NCBI RefSeq assembly: GCF_048593235.1
Contig: NC_133622.1
Span: forward strand, 250,360,055-250,424,054
Direction: 5' to 3'
DNA length: 64,000 nt
Origin: Sminthopsis crassicaudata
Lineage: Eukaryota
Shown: piece by piece, positions 1-12,570 of the stretch
Numbering within the stretch: position 1 is the stretch's first letter
How the letters are laid out: every line of letters starts with the position of its first letter
Position numbers and translations under genes: made by a program
The notes under the pieces: model-generated
The model's database searches: none
What the model was told of the DNA's origin: nothing
Seen by the model: the letters and a program-made list of their open reading frames with translations, nothing else

Positions 1-422
1 GACTACATTTGGACGAGATTTGGTATTACCCGGGAGAGTCCAGGAGGGCGGAAGCCGGAAGCTGCACGGAGGAAGGTGGGGCCAAGTAAGCCGGGTTGTT
101 GAGGCTTGTTACCCAGCTTGGAGGGAGGCAGTGAGGGCGGGGTCGGGAAGATGTGATGGCTTGTGATTGGAAGAGGGGTGGGGCTAAGTAAGATTGACGA
201 TTGGGCGGCAATATGAAGGCGGTCTCTTTAGTCCTGAAGGAGTGGGGCCTGGGCACAGATCCCACTGACGGGGGTCGCAGCCGACGAGGTGAATAAGACG
301 TGAGGGGGTCGTCCCGGCGGGAGCCTGGGAAGCTGGGAGGGGGGAGTCAGACGTTAGGATCCTTAAGGGGTCGCTGAGCATCTTGGCTGGGAAGGGCTGA
401 GCAGTGGGGGTGGGACAAGGCC

Positions 423-441
423 GACGTCAACGTCACGTGGG
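423..441 (+). promoter_or_regulatory. CRE/E-box-like cluster in the SAC3D1 CpG-island promoter
   Basis: gacgtcaacgtcacgtgg about 160 nt upstream of the ATG, in CpG-rich sequence; motif match only. Confidence 0.35.
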
Positions 442-451
442 AAGGACGTGA

Positions 452-1806
<1,355 letters not shown>

Positions 1807-1852
1807 AGCACCCGCACCCCCTCATGCCAAAGACTCCTTTGCCCACTCTGCC

Positions 1853-1869
1853 AGTAAAGCGCCTTTATT
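1853..1869. terminator. Opposed poly(A) signals: AGTAAA (+, SAC3D1) and AATAAA (-, NAALADL1)
   Basis: agtaaa at 1853-1858 and tttatt at 1864-1869, between two convergent stop codons. Confidence 0.65.
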
Positions 1870-2265
1870 AACCAGCCGCCTCTGTGGATTATTTGGAGGG
1901 ACGTGGGGAGGCTGGGCCCCGCCTGGTGTCCGGAGGACCGTTGGGAGCACTGAGGTGTTCCCAGACCCAAGCCAGGACGTAGGCCTTGGGCCTGAGTTCC
2001 AGGTGTACGTGGGGGTTGGAGGGCGCTCAGGAGCAGGGGTGACCAGAGCTTTCCCTGCCCCACCCGGGGCTGTGTCAGCAGAGGCAGTGCGCCCCCCTCT
2101 GAATCCCCTGACCCCCTCCGCCGCTCCTTAGAAAGTAAAGACCAGGAGGGCAGAGGACTTGGTTTCCAGACTCTTGTACACTCGGGGTGTGAGGAGAAAG
2201 ATCCCAGCAACAGGAGCTGTCTGCAGACATGGGAGGAGGGAACGTGGGGGGGGCTGGGGCCGACG

Positions 2266-5200
2266 TCAGGCCACGGGCTCCAGAGTGATGGCGGCCCCCA
2301 CCACAGCCATCGCGGCGATGCTGAGCTGCTTCCGCACCGTGGCCCAAGCCTTGGGGTCATCTGGGGTCTTGGCGGCCTCCTCACAGGCGTTGGCCAGGCC
2401 TGGGAACGTGGGCACCGAGGATGTTCGGGGGGCCCAGAGCACGTGGCTGGAGGGAGAGAGGACAGGGCCATGAAGCCTGGGCCGGAGAGGGGGCGTGCGC
2501 AGCCCGGGGCTTCTGAGACCGCTGGGGGGGGCCCCCTCACCTGTAATAGTACTTTTCAGGGAAGGCTCGAGGGTTCAGGAAAGCTCGTTCCAAGAGCATG
2601 AGCTGGTCGTTCACCATGCGGACCTTCAGGGGGCTGGAACAGAAGCAGGGGCGTTCAGAGCAGCCTCTATTCGAGTTGTTCAGTCCCTGTGACTTTCTGT
2701 GACCCCAGTTGGGGTTTTCTGGGCAGAAATGGCATGTTTTTTTCTCCAGCTCATTTTACAGATGAGGAAACTGAGGCAAACACGGTAAAGTGACTTATTT
2801 GAGGTCCCAGCCAAAAAGTCTGAGACTGGATTCGTACTCGTCTTCTTGGCACGAGCCACCTAGCTGTCCCCCATTCAAGTTAGCAAACTTTTATTAAGCC
2901 CCTAGAATGTGCCCAGCCATATGCTAGGTCACATGGGAAAGTCAGCTGGTCCCCGCCCTAACCCTAACCCATTCCTTGGCTAGGAAGGGCTCACGGATGG
3001 GGGCAACAGGAAAGGCTGCCCCTCATCTGAATTTTGGGCGACGCCTCCCAGAGGCAGTGGGGACAAGGGTGGTGGGCAAGTCAGCTGGCGGGACTTCCTG
3101 CCAGACCGCCCCAGGCTGGTTGCCCCAGGCCTGTCCAGTGTTCCAGACTGGGCCATTATCTGCTCCAATTCCCCTCCCTGAAACAGGGCCTTGGCCATGA
3201 GGTCTCCCCTGTGGTCTTACCCCCCCCCCCCATCACCTCCTGTTTGGAGAATGCAATGGCTGCTGGGGAGATCTGCCTGCCTCCCCCCCGCCCCCCCCCC
3301 CCCCCAGAGCTCTGAGCCATGGCTGCCTTTCACCCCCAGGATTAACGATGGACTCCGGCCCTCCCCCCCCCTCCTGCCATCTTGCAAGACTCGGTATTTC
3401 CTCACTCCATGTTGAGAACGACCTTCCTCCAATTGGTCTGGATGGCTGCCTTCCTTCCCTTGAGCTCGGCTCCCATTCACACTATGCATGTATGTCTAGC
3501 TGTGCTCTGTTCCTCATCTCAGACCTGTGACCCAAGGCAAGTCACTTGACCCTCTTTATCTCAGTTTCCTCATCAGTAAAATGGGACATAGTAAGCTGTG
3601 AGGGAAGAGGCGGGCATGTTCAGGAAATAAGAAACAAGCTGAATGTGGAGGTCAGAAGGGAGTATCGTGAGCCCAAGAAGGTCGGCAGCCCCAGCCTGGG
3701 AAGGGCTTTAATCCCAGCAGAAGAGATCAGCCTGGATCCGGGGGCCCCGGGGAGCCTTGGGAGTTCTGGCGCTGGCTGCGCTCCATGCGTCGGGCCATCC
3801 CTCCTGGCTGGATCTCGGCCTGAGACGCCCTGCCCTTCCTGGGACCGGAAACTCACTCTGACGGGTTGTTCTTGAGGGTCTCGATGTGCTGATCCAGTTT
3901 AGCTGCTGCCTGTTCAAACCTCCCAACCGCTGCAGCCAGAGGCTCTGGGGGGACAGGAGAGAGCCACGGCTCAGTCTGGGAAGCGCAGGGCCCGGGGGCT
4001 GGTGCTGCACTGGGACGGAAGGCCCCGAGCAATACCCAGACTGATGCCGCGCGGTGTGAGGACGGGCCCCAGGGCCTCCTGGGCAGCCTGGAGGAAGCCG
4101 CGGAGGGTCTCGCTGTAGTCACTGGTTTTGAAGGGCAGCAGGAGGCTGTCACTGAGCCGGAGCAGGGTGTTGGCGGCTGTGCGGGCCACGGCTTGGTGGC
4201 TGATGAAGCCTGTGCACAAAGAGGCGCCCGGCGGGCTCAGCCCAGCTCCCGGAGCTCCCGGCCCCGCTCCCCGGGCTCCCGGCCCCGCTCCCCGAGCTCC
4301 CGGCCCCGCTCCCGGCCCCCCTCCCGGAGCTCCCGGCCCCGCTCCCAGGGCTCCCAGCCCTCCCGGCCCCCCTCCCGGAGCTCCCGGCCCCCGCTCCCTG
4401 GGCTCCCGGCCCCCCTCCCGGAGCTCCCGGCCCCGCTCCCGGAGCTCCCGGCCCCCCCGGCCCCCCTCCCGGAGCTCCCGGCCCCGCTCCCAGGGCTCCC
4501 AGCCCTCCCGGCCCCCCTCCCGGAGCTCCCGGCCCCCGCTCCCTGGGCTCCCGGCCCCCCTCCCGGAGCTCCCGGCCCCGCTCCCGGAGCTCCCGGCCCT
4601 GCTCCTGGAGCTCCCACTCACCAGGGTCGAGAAAGCTCTCCACATACTGGAAAGTGTCGAAGGCTGTGTGGTAGGTGGGGTAGATCCGGGCCGAAGTTTT
4701 GCTCTGTGGGCGGAGTTCGTTCAGCCACAGGGTCTCAGGGCGGTTGGGGCCCTGTCGGGGGCTGGGGAGAAGGGAGCCCCAAGTCCCGGGGCTCTACAAA
4801 GAGTCTCAAAGTCCGGGCCACAGGGATGTCTGGGAACCCCTGGGCCCCACTCCCGGCCCAGAGACCAAAGAGCAAGAGGCTCCCAAGAGTGGGGAGGGTC
4901 CGAGGACGGGAGGGCTGTGGAGAAGGGCTGGCGGTCCCCGGCTTAGCCAGGGCCTAGTGGGCAGAGGCCGGGACCTGGCTCGCTCACCCGGTCGTAGGTG
5001 TAGGCGATGTCCATCGAGGTGATTCCCAGGAAGTGGACGAAGGCGGCGTAGTCGCTCCCAGCGCCCAGAGAACCCAGGCTGCGGAGACAGGCCGGGGCCG
5101 GGTTTTCCTTTACTCTGTAATTTTCGCCCCAACCGGGGGTACGAGCGGTAGCCCTGACACAGGCACGGTGCCCGGAGTGCAGGCGACGCTCGGTAAGTGG

Positions 5201-8200
5201 GGTCTCCCCAGACCTCAGGCGCCACCTCACCTGGGTATGACTCCGTGAGTGGGGCTGCTCCGGTTGCTGTGTTGGAGCCAGCTGTCGTACACGGTCAGGG
5301 TGCTCTTCCCTGGGGCTGGGACCTGGGCAGGCGGGGGTGGAGTATGCCAGGGAGCCGCTCCCCGATGACCAGGCCTCTTGCCTCAGCTTCCCCCCCCAGG
5401 CCCCTGGAGGACGCCCCCCACGTCCCTCCCTCCCTCCCGGCACCTGTTTTGCTGCAGAGAAGATGACACTCTGGGCAGGTGGGGTCCCCTGTGCCCTCAG
5501 AGTAGCATTGGCTGAGAAAGGAGCAAGGGGAACCGGTCAGTCTCCCCTCCGCGCTGCCCTCCGGCGAACGGTCCCAGTCCTGGGCCAGGACCCGGCTCAT
5601 GCCCCCACCCTGACCGTACCAAACACAGCAATGTCCACGTTGATGTAAGCCACGGCCCACTCTTGCAACTTGGTGAAGAACTCCTGGGGGTCAAGGGCCA
5701 GAAGTCAGCAGATCTCTCCTCACCCCCCCAACCCCCCACCCCGCCCAGCTTGTGGGGTCACTCACTTCGGTGAACTCAGTGGAGCCAATGAGGCCGAACT
5801 CTTCGGCCCCCCAGCTTGCAAACACAACTGACCGGCGGGGGCGCCACGTTCCTGCAGGAGCCGAAGCTGGAGGCCGGGGCTCTGGGGGGCACAGACTCTG
5901 GGCCCAGAGGCCCCCGCTCCAGCCCCCCTCACTCGGCCCAAGGCTTGGGCGCCTGGGCCAGGGAGCTGCCGAGCCTCCAGGAGGAGGGAAAGGGGTGAGA
6001 GGGAGCCGGGACTGTAAGGAGGGCACCGGGGGAGCCTGGGGGTTCGGGGGGAGGAGGAGGCGGGGTGGCTCACCCTTCTTCACCAAGGTCCCCAGCACCC
6101 TGGAGATCTCCAAGAGCACAGCCGTGCCGCTGCTGGGGTCAACGGCCCCGTGCACCCAGCTGTCCCGGTGGTTCCCATACAGGACGTAGCGGTCTGGGGC
6201 GGAGGAGGTGAGCAGGTCAGAGGCGGGGGCGGGGCACAAAGGGTTGGCGGGGGGGGGGGGGGGGGGGGGAGTGCGGGGGGGGGGGGGCTTCCTCACCAGG
6301 CTCCACGGCCCCGCGGATGACGCCCAGGACGTTGGAGGAATTCCTCAGCTCTACGCGATTGTGGACGGTGACATTCACCTGACTGGGGGGAGGGGCAAGA
6401 AGGTGACCGAGAGGCCTGGGACAGAGGCTGCACCCTGGGAGTGCCCAAGGAGGGATTCTGGGAGGGGAGGAGTCCGGGAGCCGGGAGGCATCTTCACCTG
6501 TCCCGGGGAAACTGGCCGTTGTCCAGGAAACCCGGCCCCAGCCTGTACTGGCATCCCAGGGCTCCCTGCCAGGCAGCGGGAGCCGGAGACCCGCCGAGGT
6601 TACTGCGGAGGAGACAGAGGCCCTGAGTTCAAACCTGGGTGTTACAGGGGGGGAAACGGGGGAGGGGGCTGGCCCAAGAAGCCGGCCTCGGGTCACGGCC
6701 TGGCCAAGGAGGCCGGGCCTCCGGGGGGGATGATGCTCCCTGGAGGGGGAAGGGAAGGTCCTGCCCCCCAAAATGGGAGGGAGGGGGACTCACCAGAGCA
6801 GCTGCTGGGCATCCTCGAAGCCAATGGGCTGGGTGGGAATTGGGGGGAAGCCCTGGATGTCAGCATTCTCCAGGCGGAAGGCAAAGGGGGTAGAAGGAAA
6901 GTAGGGTGTGGAGGGGTCCCCAAAGTGCTCGTAATAAGAACCGCGCTCTACCCCCGAAGGAGGCAGTGCCCAGGAGTTGGGGAAAGTCTCGTTGGGCAGT
7001 TTCAGGTTGTCGTTGATGTCCCCGGGGTCGGTGTAGACCAGGACCCCGGCCACGCCATGCTTGGCTCCATTCACCGCCTGCAGGGGGCAGAGGACGGCAC
7101 TGGTCAGCTCCAGCCCTCCCTCCTCACCCTCTTGCTCTGGGGTCGGGAGATGCCTTAGAGAAGAAGGTCCGATCATCTCGTAACGGGGAGTTCCAGTCCG
7201 GGCCGTCAGTTTACAGAAGCCGGTCCCCTGCTGGAGGTACCTCCCAGGGCCCCCTGCCAGGAACGGGGAGCCAGCTGCCGGTTACGGTTACTGCCAGATG
7301 AGGACACTGAGGTCCAGAGGGGCCCAAGAAGGCTGCCTCCTGTGGGGCCGCCCCCCCAAGTGGCCCGGGCCTGTGCCAGCCCGTCTGAGCGGCACTTAAT
7401 GGCAAAGCCCGGATTCCATCCAAGCCTCCCCCACTTTGAGTCCAGGCCGGGCCAAGTCACCCCCCCCCCCCGCCCAGCTCCTGATGCTCACCTTGGCTCC
7501 CCGGCCCACCCCGCCGTAGCGGGTCAGGGCTATGGTGCCCGTGAGGTTGACGCCCTGAGCCTTCAAATGCTCATAATCACTCTCCGAGCCCCTGTTGGCG
7601 TAGACCAGAAGCCCCTGGGCCAGAGAACAAGCAATTAGAGAGGAGCAGGGGGAGACAACGTAGGGAGGGATGGGAAGAGCAGAAGACCAAAGGACCTTCT
7701 GAGACTTCCATGCACAGGGCCCCCTCTACGGAAGGGGAGACGGAGGGCCCCCCACAAGGGCAGGGACTTGCTGGGTTCGTCAGTGGCCAAGATTCTGTCC
7801 AGTCTCCAAGTCCAAGGAGAAAGGTGGCCCCTTCTAGGGAGTGGGGGACAGCTGGAGCAGGGGTCCATACCTGAGGGGTCCCTGCCGGGGCATACGCAGC
7901 GTAGGGCTGTACCACCTCTGGGTCTCCCTGCTCCCCAGTAAGGTTCTCCTCGCTCCGCCGAGCGGAGAAGAGAATGGCTCCTCCGGGACTTACTGTGCGG
8001 AAATGGGAAGACAAGCCCGGGGTCACGCCTCAAGTGGGGCCCGGAGTGAGGACTTGAACTCTGACCCCCACATCCAGGATCCTCGGCCCCCACCCCCGGG
8101 CCAGGCCAGCCTCTGGGGAGCTCAAAGCCGTTCCTCGGCTGCCCGGCTTGCGCTGTTCATAGCAACAGAGCCCGCTCACCTACGCGGACCGTGTTGGGCT

Positions 8201-8723
8201 GCTCCTGGTTGGGGAAGGACAAGAGCACCTCATACACCCCCTGCTCGGCAGCGTCCAGCCCCGACTCGGGGTTCTGCCATCTCTGCAGGAGGAGCCGGAC
8301 CAGATCTTCGTCTCTCGGGGTGGTGGCCATGTGGGGCTTCAAGGACAGCTCCCTGCGGGCGGGAGGGATGAGGCTGGTCATTGTGGGGGACCCCAGGGAG
8401 GGTCACTGGTGCTCTGGTGGGTCACGGCGAGGACATTCTGGGTGGGAAGGGGCTCTCGATCGGGGAGGGAACGCCTGGGGTGGGGAACGGGGCCTTTGGC
8501 AAGGTGGAGATGCTTCACGAGCTCTCCTTTCTCACCGGAGGTTCTCCTGGATCCTGTGGGCATCCAGCTGACTCATGACGGTCCCCAGGAGTTCCTGATC
8601 CAGGTCCTGGGGGGGTGGGGTGGGGTCATCCTTCTTGGGGATGCCAAAGTGCCCCAGGATGATCCCCAGACCAAAGAGGGCAGCAAGCCCCACCACCACC
8701 AGGGTCACCTTCCACCACTGCAT
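2266..8723 (-). CDS. NAALADL1: N-acetylated alpha-linked acidic dipeptidase-like 1 (ileal aminopeptidase, M28 family), 18 coding exons
   Basis: Exons: 8536-8723, 8180-8352, 7871-7992, 7492-7614, 6794-7077, 6498-6602, 6297-6382, 6074-6193, 5766-5851, 5620-5683, 5444-5511, 5231-5322, 4988-5078, 4622-4703, 4036-4209, 3857-3944, 2541-2633, 2266-2446; all GT-AG and in phase. N-terminal TM anchor [26 protein letters not shown]. Zinc and catalytic motifs intact: GNHRDSW, AVDP, WGAEEFG, YINVD, PTYHT. Confidence 0.96.
2700..2865 (-). mobile_element. CORE-SINE (MAR1/MIR-like) in NAALADL1 intron
   Basis: cattttacagatgaggaaactgaggc...gtgactt...ggattcgtactc core, antisense. Confidence 0.6.
3500..3600 (+). 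mobile_element. MIR-like CORE-SINE fragment
   Basis: ctgtgacccaaggcaagtcacttgaccctctttatctcagtttcctcatcagtaaaatggg matches the CORE consensus. Confidence 0.65.
4243..4615. repeat. GC-rich minisatellite (about 21-bp unit ggagctcccggccccgctccc) filling NAALADL1 intron 14
   Basis: About 17-18 imperfect copies, with a higher-order block repeated (about 4320-4440 and 4462-4582); abuts the exon-14 donor. Confidence 0.9.
7190..7290 (-). pseudogene. Decayed duplicate of NAALADL1 exon 6 inside intron 4
   Basis: cag|TAACCGTAACCGGCAGCTGGCTCCCCGTTCCTGGCAGGGGGCCCTGGGA is colinear with exon 6 cag|TAACCTCGGCGGGTCTCCGGCTCCCGCTGCCTGGCAGGGAGCCCTGGGA. Translates [16 protein letters not shown] followed by an in-frame TGA; no donor site nearby. 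Confidence 0.75.
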
Positions 8724-8762
8724 GGCGTAAGGAAATCGCCCCCACTCCAAGCTGGAGACTTC

Positions 8763-8768
8763 TTATAG
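8763..8768 (-). promoter_or_regulatory. TATA box (TATAAG) of NAALADL1
   Basis: CTATAAGA on the minus strand about 40 nt upstream of the ATG at 8723. Confidence 0.5.
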
Positions 8769-9564
8769 CTGGGGTGTCCATGGCCCTGGTTAACTATTAT
8801 CCGGGAAGACTGCACTTTGCACCTGCCTAAGGGTGGAGAGAAATAGGGGATGCCATGACTACAGGAACCAGCCTTCCCCGTCTGGGAACCCTGCTGGGAG
8901 AGACCCCTTTGGAGCAGCCAGAGTCACAGCTCCAGAGTGGATCTCAGTCAGTCCTTTCTATCACCATGCGCCCTTCAGCAGGTCTCCTTAATTCTTCCGC
9001 AGCAGCCCTCGGCCGACCCCTTCCTTCCTGACACCCTCGCGTTCATCACATCATGAGGACACTGCTGCAGTCCTCTCCTTGGAGACCCGGTGCACAACTG
9101 CCAAAATTACCTTGGTAAAGATCCAGGCTGGGGTCCCACAGATTTGTGGTGGAAAGAGCCATCTGCGTTCAGAGAGAGAACTATGGAGACATGTTCAATT
9201 TCATGGTTTTCCCCCCACTTTTTTCTTTTTTTTCCTACCTCACCTTTTTAAAAATTTATTTATTTTTAATTTTTTTTACAAAGTCAATAGCTTACTAAAT
9301 ACTTTTAAGCATGCCCTATGTGCTAAAAGGCTATTTTCTTTCTTCTGTTCCCATTTAAATGAAACTATATAATTCTTCCAAACAGCTTTTGTTAACTTCC
9401 GATGTCATTAAATATGCTAATAGGCAAAATAGTAAATCTTAATTGTATTTGGCAGTGTTTTTAATTTATTCAAAAGACCCCAAATGTCTTTTAGGGTTTT
9501 ATTCAGTAGCATTCCCTCTGCAAAATGCGGATTGAAGCATAAAATTTCTTTTCTTTTTTTTTCC

Positions 9565-9695
9565 TGAGGCTGGGGTTAAGTGACTTGCCCAGGGTCACAC
9601 AGCTAGGAAGTGTTAAGTGTCTGAGACCAGATTTGAACTCGGGTCCTTTTGAATTCAAGACTGGTGCTCTATCCACTGCGCCACCTAGCTGCCCC
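9565..9695 (-). mobile_element. Young marsupial tRNA-derived SINE (WSINE1/SINE1-like)
   Basis: Reverse complement reads ggggcagctaggtggcgcagtggatagagcacc...gagttcaaatctggtctcagacacttaacacttcctagctgtgtgaccctgggcaagtcacttaacccc, with a T-rich (A-tail) flank. Confidence 0.85.
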
Positions 9696-9796
9696 ATAAA
9701 ATTTCTTTATGATAGTTGTTTGTTTGCTTTTTTTTCCCCTTTCTCATGTTTTCCTTGCTTTTGATCTGATTTTTTTTTTCAAAACTTTTTTCCCCT

Positions 9797-9840
9797 TGAG
9801 GCAATTGGGGGTCAAGTGACTTGCCCAGGGTCACATAGCT
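9797..9840 (-). mobile_element. Truncated 3' fragment of the same SINE
   Basis: tgaggcaattgggggtcaagtgacttgcccagggtcacatagct. Confidence 0.7.
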
Positions 9841-10500
9841 TTTTATTTTCAAAACACTTGTAGTTTTTAACATTAACTCTTGTAAAACTTTGTATTCCAA
9901 TTCTTTTCTCCTTCCTTTTCCCCCATAGTAAACATTTCCATCTTCCATCACGTTGTGCAAGAAAAATCAGATCAACTGATTTTTCTTGTGCAGCATAATG
10001 TATAGAAGAATTTCACATTCACCATATATTGGATTATTTGCCATCTAGGGGAGGGAGAGGAGGAAAACATTTTTAGGTGGTTTTGCAAAGGTGAATATTG
10101 AAAACTGTCCTTGCATGTATTTGGGAAAATAAAATACTAATTAAAAATAATTGAAAAACAAAACACTCCTGTCCCGTTAGGACATTGCCCTGCTCAAGAA
10201 CTTTCCTAGGAAGAAGGGAGGGATAAGAATGAAAACGTGCAAGCACGGGGCTAAACACTTTACAATCATCTCATTTATTCCTCACAACATTTCATGGTAG
10301 CTGGTAGCATTATTACCCCACTTTGTTATTACACGTGTGTACTATCCCTTGTGAAGCTACTTGAGGTTTTCGTGGCAAATGCTGAAGGGGTTTATTTCTG
10401 TTCCCATTTAAATGGAACTTTATAATCCTTTGATCCAACAGTTGCCAACTTCTGATGTCATTAAATTTGCCAATAGGCAGAATACTAAATTTTAATTGTA

Positions 10501-10775
10501 TTTATACTTATTTTATTTTATATTTTATTTATAAGAAATAAATGTTATATATAATAGAAATATTATGTATTGTTTATTTATAAATGTATAAAATATATTA
10601 TATATATATATCCATATTATATATATATATATTTTTCCCTGAGGCAATTGGGGTTAAGTGACTTGCCCAGGGTCACACAGCTAGGAAGTGTTAAGTGTCT
10701 GAGACCAGATTTGAACTCAGGTCCTCCTGACTTCAGGGTTGGTGCTCTATCCACTGCGCCCCCTAGCTGCCCTTC
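10501..10775 (-). mobile_element. Marsupial SINE (body 10640-10772) with long AT-rich tail and target-site duplication
   Basis: Full SINE body; (TA)-rich tail at 10501-10635; TTAATTGTA duplicated at 10492-10500 and 10776-10784. Confidence 0.85.
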
Positions 10776-11002
10776 TTAATTGTACTGAAATTATTAAAAA
10801 GACCCAAAATGTTTTTAGAGTCTACTGTGCAAAGATGTGGATCAAAGCATAGGATTTTCATCTTTTTTTTTTCTTGTTTGTTTGTTTTTTTCCCCTGTTT
10901 TTTCTTCTCCAGCTTATTCTCCAGCAACCCTTCAAGATGGTGTCATCCCCATTTTGTTATTATTGTTGTTCAGTTGGGTTCCACCCCTTGTGAACTTACT
11001 TA

Positions 11003-11185
11003 GGGTTTTTGTGGCAGAGATACTGAGGGGGTTTGCCATCTCCTTCTCCAGCTTGTTTTACAGATGAGGAAACTGAGGGAAACAGGATAAAGTGACTTCT
11101 CAGAGTCACCCAGATAGGAAGTGTCGGGGCCAGATTTCAGGCTGGGGAGATGAGTCTTCCTATCCACTTCATCACCTAACTGCCC
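11003..11185 (-). mobile_element. MAR1-like SINE
   Basis: ggtttgccatctccttctccagcttgttttacagatgaggaaactgagg...gtgacttctcagagtcaccca, a CORE followed by an RTE-type tail, antisense. Confidence 0.65.
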
Positions 11186-11992
11186 TAGACCCGTTTTAGG
11201 CAGACACGTTCTGAAATGGACTTATTTGAAGTCAGATCTTCCTGATTCCAGACTCGGACCACTATGCCAGATTGGCTCCCTATTGTCTCTAGGATAGAAT
11301 AAACTTGAGCTTCCTTTAAAGCCTTCCCAATCGGAGCCTGCCCACTTTCCAGATATTTCCCATGCCTCCTCCTCAAACAATCTATGTCCTAGCCGAGCTG
11401 ACGTCTCTGCTCTTCCCCAAGCTCCCTATCCCTCATCCAGGCTTCCCCTAATGCCCAGAATGCTCTCCTTCCCTATGTGAGCCTGCTGAAGTCCTCTCCC
11501 TTCAAGGCTCGGATGCCGACTTCTCCATGAGGTTTTGATCTTTTTCCAAGTGTCTTCCTCCCGGGATTGTCCTTGAGCACTCTGGGTGTCTCCTTTCCCT
11601 TTATCACTCCCTCTTTATTAGTGAACTCCCAAGGGAGATCAAAGCGTTTAAAGGTCTCCATGGGCCTCAGTTTCGTAATCTGTCGGAGACGGGACTTGGC
11701 CCAGGTGACCTCCTCAGTCGCCTCCAGCTCTAAATCTGCCATCCTTTGCCTAGAATCGTGTCCTCTGGCTGACCGATGTCACTGCCAACAGCCTGCGGGG
11801 GCTCGTGAGCCCTGGTTTTTGGTGGATCCAGAATCTCAGAATACCTTGAACCTGGAGGAGCCTTTTAGGTAACCCTGCTGTGTGAGTTGGGGTTCGGTGC
11901 ACCTCTGGATGCTCGATACTTGTGTTCACACCCCCGTTTCCCCGAGGAGGGATTCCTGTAGTCTCAAGGTTCAAGACGGTGCCCTGAAAATA

Positions 11993-12570
11993 GGTGCTTC
12001 TTTTTTTTTTTTTTTCCCATTGGTGTAATTTTTTTTTTTTAATTTGGAATTTTTTTTCACAGTACATATGCATGAGTAATTTTTTTTTATATTATCCATT
12101 GTAATCATTTTTTCAAATTATCCCCTCCCTCCCTCTACTCCCTCCCCTAGATGACAGGCAATCCCATACATTTTACATGTGTTACAATATAACCTAGATA
12201 CAATATCTGTGTGTAAATCCCATTTTCTTGTTGCACATTAAGTATTAGATTCCGAAGGTGTAAGTAACCTGGGCAGATAGACAGTAGTGCTAACAATTTA
12301 CATTCACTTCCCAGTGTTCCTTCTCTGGGTGTAGTTGTTTCTGTCCATCATTGATCAGCTGGAAGTGAGTTGGATCTTCTTTATGTTGAAGATTTCCACT
12401 TCCATCAGAATCCATCCTCATACAGTATTGTTGTTGAAGTGTACAGCGATCTTCTGGTCCTGCTCATTTCACTCAGCATCAGTTGATTTAAGTCTCTCCA
12501 GGCCTCTCTGTATTCCTCCTGCTGGTCATTTCTTACAGAGCAATAATATTCCATAACCTTCATATACCAT
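11993..12570 (-). mobile_element. LINE-1 3' fragment (end of ORF2, 3'UTR, A-tail)
   Basis: Minus-strand translation WYMKVMEYYCSVRNDQQEEYREAWRDLNQLMLSEMSRTRRSLYT is the L1 ORF2 C-terminus; T-runs at 11999-12040. Confidence 0.88.

Noticed and set aside
1-450. Expected SNX15 3' end
   Set aside because: No recognisable SNX15 coding sequence or poly(A) signal; the region reads as SAC3D1 promoter sequence.
4128-4957. Collagen-like or SR-like ORFs over the NAALADL1 intron-14 repeat
   Set aside because: Translation products of a 21-bp minisatellite, with no independent gene signals.
6248-6290. Long poly-G runs in NAALADL1 intron 7
   Set aside because: Simple homopolymer of uncertain length, prone to sequencing error; no evidence of function.
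9565-9695. tRNA-like heads of the SINE copies
   Set aside because: They are SINE A/B boxes followed by a CORE body, not tRNA genes.
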